DNA of 64,000 nucleotides from an uncultured Acidobacteriaceae bacterium (GCA_963774255.1 CAVZEH010000024.1:59610-123609), one strand, 5' to 3'; positions 10,686 to 18,939 are shown, numbered from the stretch's first letter. Translations and numbers: made by a program. The notes: generated by a model from the letters alone, not told the origin.

Positions 10686-10939
10686 AGAACTACAACCAAC
10701 TGCTGGGCGTTTTGCAATCGACGCTGTCGTCGGAACCACCCTGTCCCGGAGATGGAAACGAAGACAAGCGGGTGAACGCAAAAGACGTGGCGGATTGGTC
10801 CTCGTTCCTTCAGGATAATCCAGAGAGTCCCGGCTATAGTTCGAGTTGGTATGACTTTAATTTCGATGGGCTGACGAATGCTACGGATCTAAACGTGATC
10901 CTGGCCAATTTTGGGAAGAACTGCCTCAAGGCGCAGTAA
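10682..10939 (+). CDS. Dockerin-like C-terminal segment, probably the displaced end of the sulfatase
   Basis: This frame is open back to about 10586 and reads PKIDKAADNLWNPTAGCPAGLDATQLKNYNQLL... then two Ca-binding-like repeats (GDGNEDKRVNAKDV, DFNFDGLTNATDLNV). It is only reachable from the sulfatase by a frame change near the A5 run at 10609-10613. Confidence 0.5.
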   Translation: MKNYNQLLGVLQSTLSSEPPCPGDGNEDKRVNAKDVADWSSFLQDNPESPGYSSSWYDFNFDGLTNATDLNVILANFGKNCLKAQ

Positions 10940-11092
10940 GGGTAGTTGGAGTCGTTCTGAAGGTCGCTAAGAATCCAGACCACATGGATTCTTAGCCTCT
11001 CCTCCGGTCCTTTGCGTCGCTCAGCGCCGGGGTCCGTCCGAATGACTCCTCATCGATAGCAAATGAAGAAATGAAGAAATTTCGCTCACGCT

Positions 11093-12214
11093 TTGAGAGG
11101 TTTCATGTCACAATCACGATTTCTTATCCGGAGATGCAGCAGCCCGGCGGCGGGGTATTGGTTTGCGCTGGTCCTGTTTCTCTCTGCGCCAGCTTGGCTT
11201 CCGGCGGGCCACAGCGCCCTTCACGGTCAATCTGCACCGCGGAAGCGCCTACATAGCGCGATCTCTCACGGCCGGGTGCCCGCCGGCATGGCCTGGATTC
11301 CCGCCGGGGAATTCTGGATGGGCAGCGATGAACCGGAATTCACCGACGCCCGGCCGTGGCACCGGGTACGGCTGAGCGGCTTCTGGATTGACAAGACGAC
11401 CGTCACCAACGCGCAGTTTGCACGCTTCGTGGCCGCAACGCATTACGTCACCGTTGCCGAACGTAAACCCCGCGCCGAGGACTTTCCGGATGCCCCGCCT
11501 GAGAATCTTGTAGCAGGTTCGGTGGTGTTCACGCCGCCCGCTCATCCCGTGCCCTTGGACGATCAGATGCAATGGTGGAGCTATGTGAAAGGCGCTGACT
11601 GGCGGCACCCGGAAGGTCCAGGCAGCACGATCAAAGGCCGGGAAAACCACCCAGTAGTACAAATCGCTTATGAGGATGCTGAGGCATATGCCAGGTGGGC
11701 AGGAACGGCTCCCAACGGAAGCGGAATTTGAATACGCCGGACGTGGCGGACTTGACCGTCAGCCTTATGCGTGGGGAAGGGAGTTCAAGCCGGCAGGCAA
11801 GGTACATGGCAAATACATTCCAAGGGAGCTTCCCCGATCACAACACGGCTGCGGATGGCTACCTGAGGCGCAGCGCCGGTGGCTTCGTTCCCGCCCAATG
11901 GGTATGGACTCTATGACATGTCCGGTAACGTTTGGGAGTGGACGTCTGATTGGTATCGGCCTGACTACTACAAGACGCTGGCGAACAGTGGAACGGCCGC
12001 GGTAAATCCCACAGGGCCTAGGGAGAGCTTTGATCCCGCGGAGCCGGGCCTGCCGAAAAAGGTCCATCGCGGCGGCTCGTTCTTGTGCACAGATCAGTAT
12101 TGTTCGCGTTACATGCCGGGTGGGCGCGGCAAAGGCGAGCCGAGCACAGGGACCAATCACCTTGGATTTCGCTTGGTGAAGGATGCTTCCCCAGCCCCAA
12201 CTAGCGCCAACTGA
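11093..12214 (+). pseudogene. Formylglycine-generating enzyme (FGE/SUMF1 family), three frame disruptions
   Basis: FGE-like pieces lie in successive frames: GMAWIPAGEFWMGSD...YARWAG / RLPTEAEFEYAGRGGLDRQPYAWG / MANTFQGSFPDHNTAADGY / [25 protein letters not shown]...HRGGSFLC. The breaks are near 11704, 11801 and 11865. Confidence 0.8.
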
Positions 12215-12425
12215 CGGATACTCACGGGCGCATCTAATCATCCCCGGCTTCAAGGGAAAAACTCCTTTACTGATCTTTATTTCCTCGGGTGGGCCGAAGG
12301 CCTATAGCTGTAGCTTCGAGAATTATTTGTCGTAGGGTTTCAGAATTATTTGCCGTATTCAGGTCTATCCGGGGCCGATCACGAGGCTATCCCGCGCGGC
12401 TTCGACAACAGCTGTCGCGCGGTAC

Positions 12426-13067
12426 TCAAATCCCGGAATATGTTCTGGAGGGCTGATTTCGTATCTGCAGCGGGCCGCGAAGTACCTGCATCCAGCGTTC
12501 ACAATGCGTTCTTTTCACCTCAAAGCGTCCGTCAATTTTTTTAATGGCAGTCCGATAAGATTTGCCAGCCGCGTCCTCACATTCAATGAGAATTCCGCGA
12601 CCGTCAATCATATTGGCCGTTAAACTCTATTACATCGTCGGTCAGCGGGCCTGTGAAATACAAGGTGAACGGCATCCCGACCCCCACGGTCCCGAGGTTA
12701 ATTTGTTGGTCAGTTCTGAATTCAGAAATCTCCAAGTGGTTTTCAGGGCCACTCCAGGCCCGACGTTGCATAGAATTGCCCTCTTTGCAGAGGAGGTTTC
12801 TTGATCAATAGAGGAGGTTTCTTCATCAATCTTGAAAAAGGGGCGCCGGGCAGCTTGCCCTTGCAAGCGCATCTCGTTCGCCTGTGTATTCGCCGCCACG
12901 ACTTGGGCGTTAGCCGCCCTGACTTGCTCATCAGCAGCCTTCGCCTGAGAATCAGCGGCTTTAGCTTGCTTCCATCCCACTCGAATCAGAATGATAGTGG
13001 CCAGAAACAGTAACGCTTGAATGAGTAGGCTGATTTGATCCTTGTAGTTCTCCAACCACCAGAACAA
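12426..13067 (-). pseudogene. Decayed paralogue of gene X
   Basis: Same N-terminus (FWWLENYKDQISLLIQALLFLATIILIRVGW). Relative to 6915-7475 it has a 1-nt loss near 12702, a 1-nt gain near 12622, a 21-nt tandem duplication (12790-12830) and an altered stop. The reading frame terminates at 12642. Confidence 0.6.
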
Positions 13068-13107
13068 AATTGCGCCAGAATCTTGTTTCCAGATTGCCGT
13101 TTTGCGG

Positions 13108-13673
13108 TTAAGTCTTTTGTTTTATTGGCGTCCCTAAGCACGCAAAGTTTGAACCTCTTCGCTGAAAACGTCTCCCAAGCTGAGGCTTTGAGTGCCGAGA
13201 TCGCGATTATTTTGCAGCCGTTTGCGAGATAATGCCATTCCCGTTGACACGCAAAACGAGTTGGAACCAAAGAGGAAGCGTAATCCCAAGATGGCAAGAA
13301 TGGTGCGAGTTTCACACGCATTTGCGTTCTCCTCATACCCACTGTAGGCACGACTGCGCCCACCCGCCGAATGAAAATTACCGCTCCAAGGCACGCTGGA
13401 AGCTGCGCGGCGATACCCACAATGGTTCCGGGTCGATTTCTGTTTTGTGACTCAATTCGAGCGGAACAGCGGAACGGTTCCATCTGGCGTTGCTGCCAAA
13501 GATCAGGAGGCGAAGGCCCAGAATCGCTCAATTTGAAAAGCAACAGGTTTTGACGCACGTGCGTCAACAAGCGTGGTCGATCAAAAATACTTGCTATAGC
13601 AACGGAAGATTTCCGATAAGAGTGTCAGGGTCGGCCCGAGATTAGCTATCGTCCCGTCTGTCCCCCTACTTCC
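13108..13673. repeat. Copy 2 (complete, parts A+B) of the ~570-bp island repeat
   Basis: Collinear with 14897-15483 along its whole length. It starts with a tRNA-Glu junction mimic and ends with a C-rich terminal segment, ...GATTAGCTATCGTCCCGTCTGTCCCCCTACTTCC. No protein-like frame. Confidence 0.85.
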
Positions 13674-13682
13674 CACCAGCTC

Positions 13683-14102
13683 TCATGGTAGCTTTGCGCT
13701 TGTAGCTGGATCGCGCGGAATTGGCATGGTCGTCGCAATTTGTCGGAGCTGTTCCCTTCGCTCAATCTCTCCCTGATCCTCTTGCTTGACGCGCGCCTTG
13801 TTACGCCTTAGAAGCTCTGCGGTGACTGCCTTTCGCTCTTCGAGCTGTTTAGATGTTGATACGCCGTCATTTTCAGGATTTTCGAACTCCGTTCGAATCT
13901 CGCCAAACAGCTGCAATGTATTATTTCGAGGCTCGCTCGGGACTACATAGAATTCTCCACATGTGGGCAAGGTCGAAAAATACTGCCGAAGACTTTCACC
14001 GTCTTCGGTTGGAATCCAGCCGTGGCGTATGGTCCATTGCGTTTCACGCAACCGTTTATAGAGAACGATATGACACTGCCTGGTTGGTTTCATAGACTCC
14101 AT
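13683..14102 (-). CDS. Hypothetical protein (cassette gene 2)
   Basis: The ORF is open to 14150. The start MESMKPTRQCHIVLYKRL... at 14102 follows GGTGGAG. The C-terminal half is charged and coiled-coil-like. No recognisable motif. Confidence 0.4.
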   Translation of the reverse strand: MESMKPTRQCHIVLYKRLRETQWTIRHGWIPTEDGESLRQYFSTLPTCGEFYVVPSEPRNNTLQLFGEIRTEFENPENDGVSTSKQLEERKAVTAELLRRNKARVKQEDQGEIERREQLRQIATTMPIPRDPATSAKLP

Positions 14103-14225
14103 AGCTCCACCTGCATGGGAAGGGCCCCGCATACAGCGTAATCCCCACAACAGTACGTTTTGGCAAGTCTGCTCGATCCCATATCCACATCAATGGATCG
14201 TTTGAAGTCACCGCCATCACATGGC

Positions 14226-14645
14226 TTAGATCAACGGAGCGCAGATCGCAGGAAATCTTGGGAAAGACACAGCGCCATCAATCACTAAGGGCGGCAAGGT
14301 AGAGTAACTCGGCTCCATCGGAGACGCAGGCAAATCGGGTGTGCGGGTGGTCCCGATGAGCGTCAATTCGACACCCTCAAGTCGGATGTGATGGCCCTCG
14401 ACGTCGAGGTCCAGGCCGATGTTAGACACGACTTGTCCCGCGCGCAGAATATTTCGGCCCGACGGGATTTCGACTCGCGCCCGGGCTCGCACGGATGGGT
14501 CTTGTCTTACATCAACGTCCAGATTGTTATAACGGTAAACCCAGGCCGGCTTCTGATTTTCGTCGAAACACGACGAGGAGCCGTTGTCGGGCGCCCGATG
14601 CGAACTGCGGTGGGTCAAGTACTCTAATATCTGAGCGAATGTCAT
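14226..14645 (-). CDS. Hypothetical protein (cassette gene 1)
   Basis: 139-aa ORF (MTFAQILEYLTHRSSHRAPDNG...). No recognisable motif. It is co-directional with 13683-14102 and lies inside the inverted-repeat-bounded segment. Confidence 0.4.
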   Translation of the reverse strand: MTFAQILEYLTHRSSHRAPDNGSSSCFDENQKPAWVYRYNNLDVDVRQDPSVRARARVEIPSGRNILRAGQVVSNIGLDLDVEGHHIRLEGVELTLIGTTRTPDLPASPMEPSYSTLPPLVIDGAVSFPRFPAICAPLI

Positions 14646-14812
14646 TACTAAAGCATACGCCGTTCATACTTAAGTTGTATGCGCACAATATTGGCAGTTT
14701 ATGGTAGATGCCCCATCCCCGTAGCCCATTCGGCGACGAATAATATGAGATCTATCCTAAGTGTATCTGTATCTGCTACTTACGCACATAGTAGCTCGAC
14801 CCTGCGACAGAA

Positions 14813-14880
14813 AAATAGGGGGACAGACTGGACGATACCTAATCCCGGCCCGAGCGTGACACTCTTATTGGAAATCTTCC
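14813..14880. repeat. Inverted copy of the terminal ~68 nt of the island repeat
   Basis: The reverse complement (GGAAGATTTCCAATAAGAGTGTCACGCTCGGGCCGGGATTAGGTATCGTCCAGTCTGTCCCCCTATTT) matches 13604-13671 and 15396-15463 at roughly 60 of 68 positions by eye. Confidence 0.8.
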
Positions 14881-14896
14881 ATTGATTTTTCATTTT

Positions 14897-15483
14897 GCTA
14901 AGTTAATAATTTTATTGGCGTCCCTAAGCACGCAAAGTTTGAACCACTTCGCTGAAAACGTCTCCAAGGTGAGGCTTTGAGTACCGAGATCGCGATTATT
15001 TGCAGTCGTTTGCGAGATAATGCCATTCCCGTTGACACGCAAAACGAGTTGGAACCAAAGAGGAAGCGTAATCCCAAGATGGCAAGAATGGCGCGAGTTT
15101 CACACGCGTTTGCGTTCTCCTCATACCCACTGTAGGCACGACTGCGCCCGCCCGCCGAATGAAAACTACCGCTCCAAGCCACGCTGGAAGCTGTGCGGCG
15201 ATACCCACAATGGGTTTCGGGTCGATTCTGTTTTGTGACTCAATTCGAGCGGAACAGCGGAACGGTTCCATCTGGCGTTGCTGCCAAAGATCAGGAGAGG
15301 AAGGCACCGGAATCGCTGAATTTGAAAAGCAACAGGCTTTGACGCACCTGCATCGACAAGCGTGGTCGATCAAAAATACTTCCTATAGCAACGGAAGATT
15401 TCCGATAAGAGTGCCAGGTTCGGCCCGAGATTAGGTATCGTCCATTCTGTCCCCCTATTTTCCCCCTGTCTCCCCCTATTTCC
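14897..15483. repeat. Copy 3 (complete, parts A+B) of the ~570-bp island repeat
   Basis: Collinear with 13108-13673. The terminal C-rich motif is doubled (TGTCCCCCTATTTTCCCCCTGTCTCCCCCTATTTCC). It abuts the 3' end of the GHKL-module operon. Confidence 0.85.
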
Positions 15484-15525
15484 AACGAACTGCTGACGTC
15501 TCACGAGCTCCTGACGTTCTTTCGC

Positions 15526-16251
15526 TCAGAGTAGTGGTGGTGAACCCGCCCGCCACGGTATGAATTCATGAGGTAAGAGATTAAGAAGTTGACTTGGCTC
15601 CATAGCGTAGAGGTCATATGTCACATCGAACTGTTGCACTACGTCAATAAATCTGCGAACCGTGCCAGGCTTTCTCTTGGTCGATGCCGCTCCGCGTTTC
15701 GGGCGTTGCCTCTCAGGATCGTAGTACAGTCTATTGGCAGCACCAATGATTGCCCGATTTGTGATGAATTCCTGACGTGATGCAAACTGCTCCATCAGAT
15801 CGCTTAGCTGATCGACAGGTCCCTGCAGTAGGAGGTTGGCCTCGATCCCATAAAGTTGATAAACGCGAAATGGTCCTGCGAGTAGATGGCGATAATATCT
15901 CCAGCTCGCTGTGCCAGGAATATAAAGTGCCTCAGATTTAACGACCCGCTGATCCTCTGAGTCACGCGGACAAACGCGATCGAAATAGAAGAGGGCCAAC
16001 CAAGCCCAAAGACCGCGATTGTAATTCACGTCCTGCAGGCCACTGATTATGGAACTCAGGTACTCAGCTGCTTCCAGCCGAGTCGAGAATTCCCGATCCT
16101 CAACTTCCCTAGCCGAAACTAGTTGTGTTGAAGTTGCTGGGTTGTCGAGCAGTTCCAGCGGCACCGGCAGGTCGTCCCCAGCCCTCGTTCGGGCAAGAAA
16201 GTCGGCAAAATGTTGAATGCCTTCATCGTTCAATATCCCGATCTGCTTCAT
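15526..16251 (-). CDS. Hypothetical protein E (last gene of the GHKL module)
   Basis: 241 aa (MKQIGILNDEGIQHFADFLARTRAG...). ATGA overlap with the upstream ORF. Natural-looking composition, no motif I can assign. Confidence 0.55.
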   Translation of the reverse strand: MKQIGILNDEGIQHFADFLARTRAGDDLPVPLELLDNPATSTQLVSAREVEDREFSTRLEAAEYLSSIISGLQDVNYNRGLWAWLALFYFDRVCPRDSEDQRVVKSEALYIPGTASWRYYRHLLAGPFRVYQLYGIEANLLLQGPVDQLSDLMEQFASRQEFITNRAIIGAANRLYYDPERQRPKRGAASTKRKPGTVRRFIDVVQQFDVTYDLYAMEPSQLLNLLPHEFIPWRAGSPPLL

Positions 16252-16952
16252 GAGTGTTCCTCAAGTGCGAGAGATTCCAGAAAATTAATGCAAGCTGGCT
16301 GGCGCTCGCAGAAGGCCTGCACCGCCGAATCAATCCAAGGCCTCACATCGTAATCCTCGGCCGGAGGCTCTCCGATATGAGGCAGGGCAGTCACAAAATG
16401 GACCCACTGGTCGCGCCAGTCATCCCCCTCCGAGTCATATTCGTAATCATCATCCTGGAGAATAGACGTCAGGATCTCCCGCACGACCGCCGGATATACC
16501 AGCGCGAAAAATGTCGGATTCGATCGTATATACTCCTTATTATCGATCCGCTGATTCACTACCAGCGTTGGCGTTGCGCTGTCAGCGATCTCAAGCCTCC
16601 ACGGAAGGTTTCCCAGTTCCTCGAATCTCACCTCCAGGATGCAGACACGGTTACCGAAGCCTTCAGTGGGATTGGCAATAAGGCCGTCAGCCTCAGCCAG
16701 CAGTCGCCCCTGCTCGCCTCGGAAGTCAGTCACTTTCACCCGGAAATAGATCAGCTCACGGTTGTCAATTTCGTGGAGGGTCCGGTCGGCATCACATCGT
16801 GGCTGGGCAACTGTTCCGTAATCAAACCGCATATAAGAGGTCCGGTAGTAAGCCTCGATATAAATCCGACCGTCAGGGGGAAGGTTCAGAATCCGAGAGA
16901 TCGATCCTGGCGTCGAAACTGGGTGGATTGGGTTCCTGCTTCTTGAGAGCAA
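16248..16952 (-). CDS. Hypothetical protein D (acidic C-terminal region)
   Basis: 234 aa if it starts at the TTG at 16952. There is no in-frame ATG near the 5' end. It is in the same frame as the upstream ORF C, separated by one TGA plus 18 sense codons. It contains DDDYEYDSEGDDWRDQW. Confidence 0.5.
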   Translation of the reverse strand: MLSRSRNPIHPVSTPGSISRILNLPPDGRIYIEAYYRTSYMRFDYGTVAQPRCDADRTLHEIDNRELIYFRVKVTDFRGEQGRLLAEADGLIANPTEGFGNRVCILEVRFEELGNLPWRLEIADSATPTLVVNQRIDNKEYIRSNPTFFALVYPAVVREILTSILQDDDYEYDSEGDDWRDQWVHFVTALPHIGEPPAEDYDVRPWIDSAVQAFCERQPACINFLESLALEEHS

Positions 16953-17006
16953 TCTGAGTGCTCTTTCGCGGGATTTTCCTGCGGTTCGTATAATTGAATG
17001 TGCGTT

Positions 17007-17957
17007 TCATAACTGTTCAATCTCCGACTGTTTCAAGCGGATCTGGAGATCACGATGTTCGTCGAATCCCGTCAACCTGACATTCGAATTAGGACCCAGC
17101 AGGTTGACAACGAGCTGATTTTCAGCGCGCGACACGATGTCGGCGGCTTCAGACTCCAGGGTGAAATCACCGGACTCAATATGGAAGTCTTCGGGAACAT
17201 ACCGCTTTACGGAATCACCATTGCGGACAGCGTAACCCAGCCGTACTGTCACCTGCCTGGGGCTGACCGGCACCGCCGGATTCATGCTGACGCGGAAACC
17301 ACCGACGATTCTCTCAAGTCGGACGGGCGGCGTTGATTTGGGAGGCAGGGGCGGCTTGATTGGTGTCTTCCGTTTCGTTCTGCCCGACAGCACGCCCGTA
17401 CCTTCACCATCCTTTCCTTCCTCCGAAGCCTGCACTACAAAGAAGAGATCTTTCAGGAGGTCCCTGTCCTTCTCCCGGCTTGCAGCAGTCAGTGTCCGAA
17501 TCAGGTTTGCGACGCTGTTCTTGACAAACCGCAATGTGTACGTCCCATGATCGTACTTGTTCTTGAATTTTTCTGATCGATCCTGCCACTCCGTGTGAGC
17601 GGGATTCTCAGCGTCACCCAGAAGCTTCCCCAACGGTTTGTCGTCGATCACGACAAGAGCTCTAACCCCGCGCTCTGCAGGAACCTTCTGGTTCGCTACG
17701 GTAATGTCCTGCCGGACAAAGTGAATCTCGCCTTTTTCGAGCTGCGGGTCACGTTCCAGATAAATGGTGAACACGCCAAGTTGAAGAGTCTTTCCTTTTT
17801 CCTTCACCCACGGACTGATCCTGACAGCCAGGCGCTGTTTGTCCTCGTATCGTTGCGTGAGCGTTGCCTTGTTTTCGTCCGAGAATTTCACAAAGTCCCA
17901 GACCGGTGCCTTGTCCTGAGGCAACGGGTAGTGTGTTACAAGTTCAGCGTCCGGCAT
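17007..17957 (-). CDS. Hypothetical protein C, probably the C-terminal two-thirds of the GHKL protein
   Basis: 316 aa from the ATG at 17957. The same frame is open and protein-like upstream (ATAEQFNDRELENLLKTFDLVGWSQT-M...). It contains GDAENPAHTEWQDRSEKFKNKYDHGTYTL. No assignable family. Confidence 0.55.
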   Translation of the reverse strand: MPDAELVTHYPLPQDKAPVWDFVKFSDENKATLTQRYEDKQRLAVRISPWVKEKGKTLQLGVFTIYLERDPQLEKGEIHFVRQDITVANQKVPAERGVRALVVIDDKPLGKLLGDAENPAHTEWQDRSEKFKNKYDHGTYTLRFVKNSVANLIRTLTAASREKDRDLLKDLFFVVQASEEGKDGEGTGVLSGRTKRKTPIKPPLPPKSTPPVRLERIVGGFRVSMNPAVPVSPRQVTVRLGYAVRNGDSVKRYVPEDFHIESGDFTLESEAADIVSRAENQLVVNLLGPNSNVRLTGFDEHRDLQIRLKQSEIEQL

Positions 17958-18927
17958 GGTTTGCGACCATCCGACAAGATCGAAAGTCTTGAGCAGATTC
18001 TCCAGTTCGCGATCGTTGAACTGTTCCGCGGTGGCGCGCGCGCAGGGTTCCCTGCGAAAGCGCGATCGTACCGGAGGGAGACTCCAGCAGAACCGAAAGC
18101 GTGCCCCGAATCAACGGCGCAAAGTAGTGTCGGATGAAAGCCTTGGCTACTTCTTTGAAGGTTATGGCAGGATCAGGAAATGGAATAACGATCGAGAGAC
18201 CGGGGCCATCGCCTCTTCTTAGGTGGAACTGCTCCCCAAATTTGTCAATCAGCGCTCGATCTTCGACAGGTGTAACGAAATGATCTTCTTCCACGATCCC
18301 GAACCATCCGTAAGGAAAGTGCTTCACACCGTTCACCCGATGAATCTTAATAATCGATTGACCCATCAGCAGCATTCGCCCATCATTCCGGCGTTTGGTG
18401 AATCCAAAAAACGAGTGAATCCTCGAGGCGGCTGCAAAAACGGTGTGGCCGAGGCCCCAGCGTCCTCGATCAGATTCTTTCTTCCCTGACCGACCAAGGT
18501 TCCTCCAGAAATAGTAGAAATCGCTGGTTCCCTGGTTGTCATTTTCGTCTGGGTTAGCCTGAAGTGGATCGCCTTGCAGGCCCCTTGTCCCAAAATCTTC
18601 GATGGCCAGGAAGGGAACAGGTCCATCCAATGCAGGTAATTCATCCGCTCGAATACCTGAATCAGGGGCCTGGATATGTGCTCTCAGGCTATTCAGATAA
18701 GAGTGGGCGGTTGCCGCAGATAATGCCCAACTGTCCGTACCGAAGACGACTCTAATCTGCACGTGGCCGTTCGCTCGAGCGTCCAGGGAGTTCTGATTGG
18801 ATTCTCGGACGAGTGCCGCAGCCAGACTGTCAATTGCGTCTGTACTGAAGAACTCGTCATGCACCGGATCGGCATTCATATCTGCCCGACCCATTGGCTT
18901 GAAACCCCATTTCGCGACGCTCATCAT
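17944..18927 (-). CDS. GHKL (MutL/MORC/Hsp90-type) ATPase domain protein
   Basis: Bergerat-fold motifs: N-box LVRESNQNSLDA, G1 AIEDFGTRGL, G2-like GRWGLGHTVF. AGGAG lies 7 nt before the ATGATG start. The last ~25 codons (RARHRGTVQRSRTGESAQDFRSCRMVANHAGR) look like out-of-frame read-through. Confidence 0.7.
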   Translation of the reverse strand: MMSVAKWGFKPMGRADMNADPVHDEFFSTDAIDSLAAALVRESNQNSLDARANGHVQIRVVFGTDSWALSAATAHSYLNSLRAHIQAPDSGIRADELPALDGPVPFLAIEDFGTRGLQGDPLQANPDENDNQGTSDFYYFWRNLGRSGKKESDRGRWGLGHTVFAAASRIHSFFGFTKRRNDGRMLLMGQSIIKIHRVNGVKHFPYGWFGIVEEDHFVTPVEDRALIDKFGEQFHLRRGDGPGLSIVIPFPDPAITFKEVAKAFIRHYFAPLIRGTLSVLLESPSGTIALSQGTLRARHRGTVQRSRTGESAQDFRSCRMVANHAGR

Positions 18928-18939
18928 TGACGCTCCTGT

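Noticed and set aside
11690-11880. Programmed ribosomal frameshifting in the FGE gene
   Set aside because: Three separate +1 events with no slippery heptamer or downstream structure are far more simply explained by insertions (mutational or technical) than by recoding.
12986-13570. 194-aa minus-strand ORF (and its relatives at 6514-6783 and 14996-15373) running through the ~570-bp island repeat
   Set aside because: The composition is Trp/Cys/Arg/Gln-rich and unlike real proteins. The start and stop positions differ between copies, and no motif is recognisable. I treat the repeat as non-coding. One pair of compensating indels between copies (near 13425-13440) keeps the frame, so weak doubt remains.
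13640-14870. Idea that the central GGCCCGAG core of the 68-nt inverted repeats keeps the same orientation in both arms (a recombinase crossover-site signature)
   Set aside because: On position-by-position alignment, the centre is merely a near-palindromic GC-rich stretch with four mismatches. There is no orientation information.
16254-16946. 230-aa plus-strand ORF opposite ORF D, and 17595-18137 opposite the GHKL/C junction
   Set aside because: The plus-strand products are Arg-rich with odd composition. The minus-strand ORFs have natural composition, translational coupling (ATGA overlap, AGGAG) and consistent operon direction.
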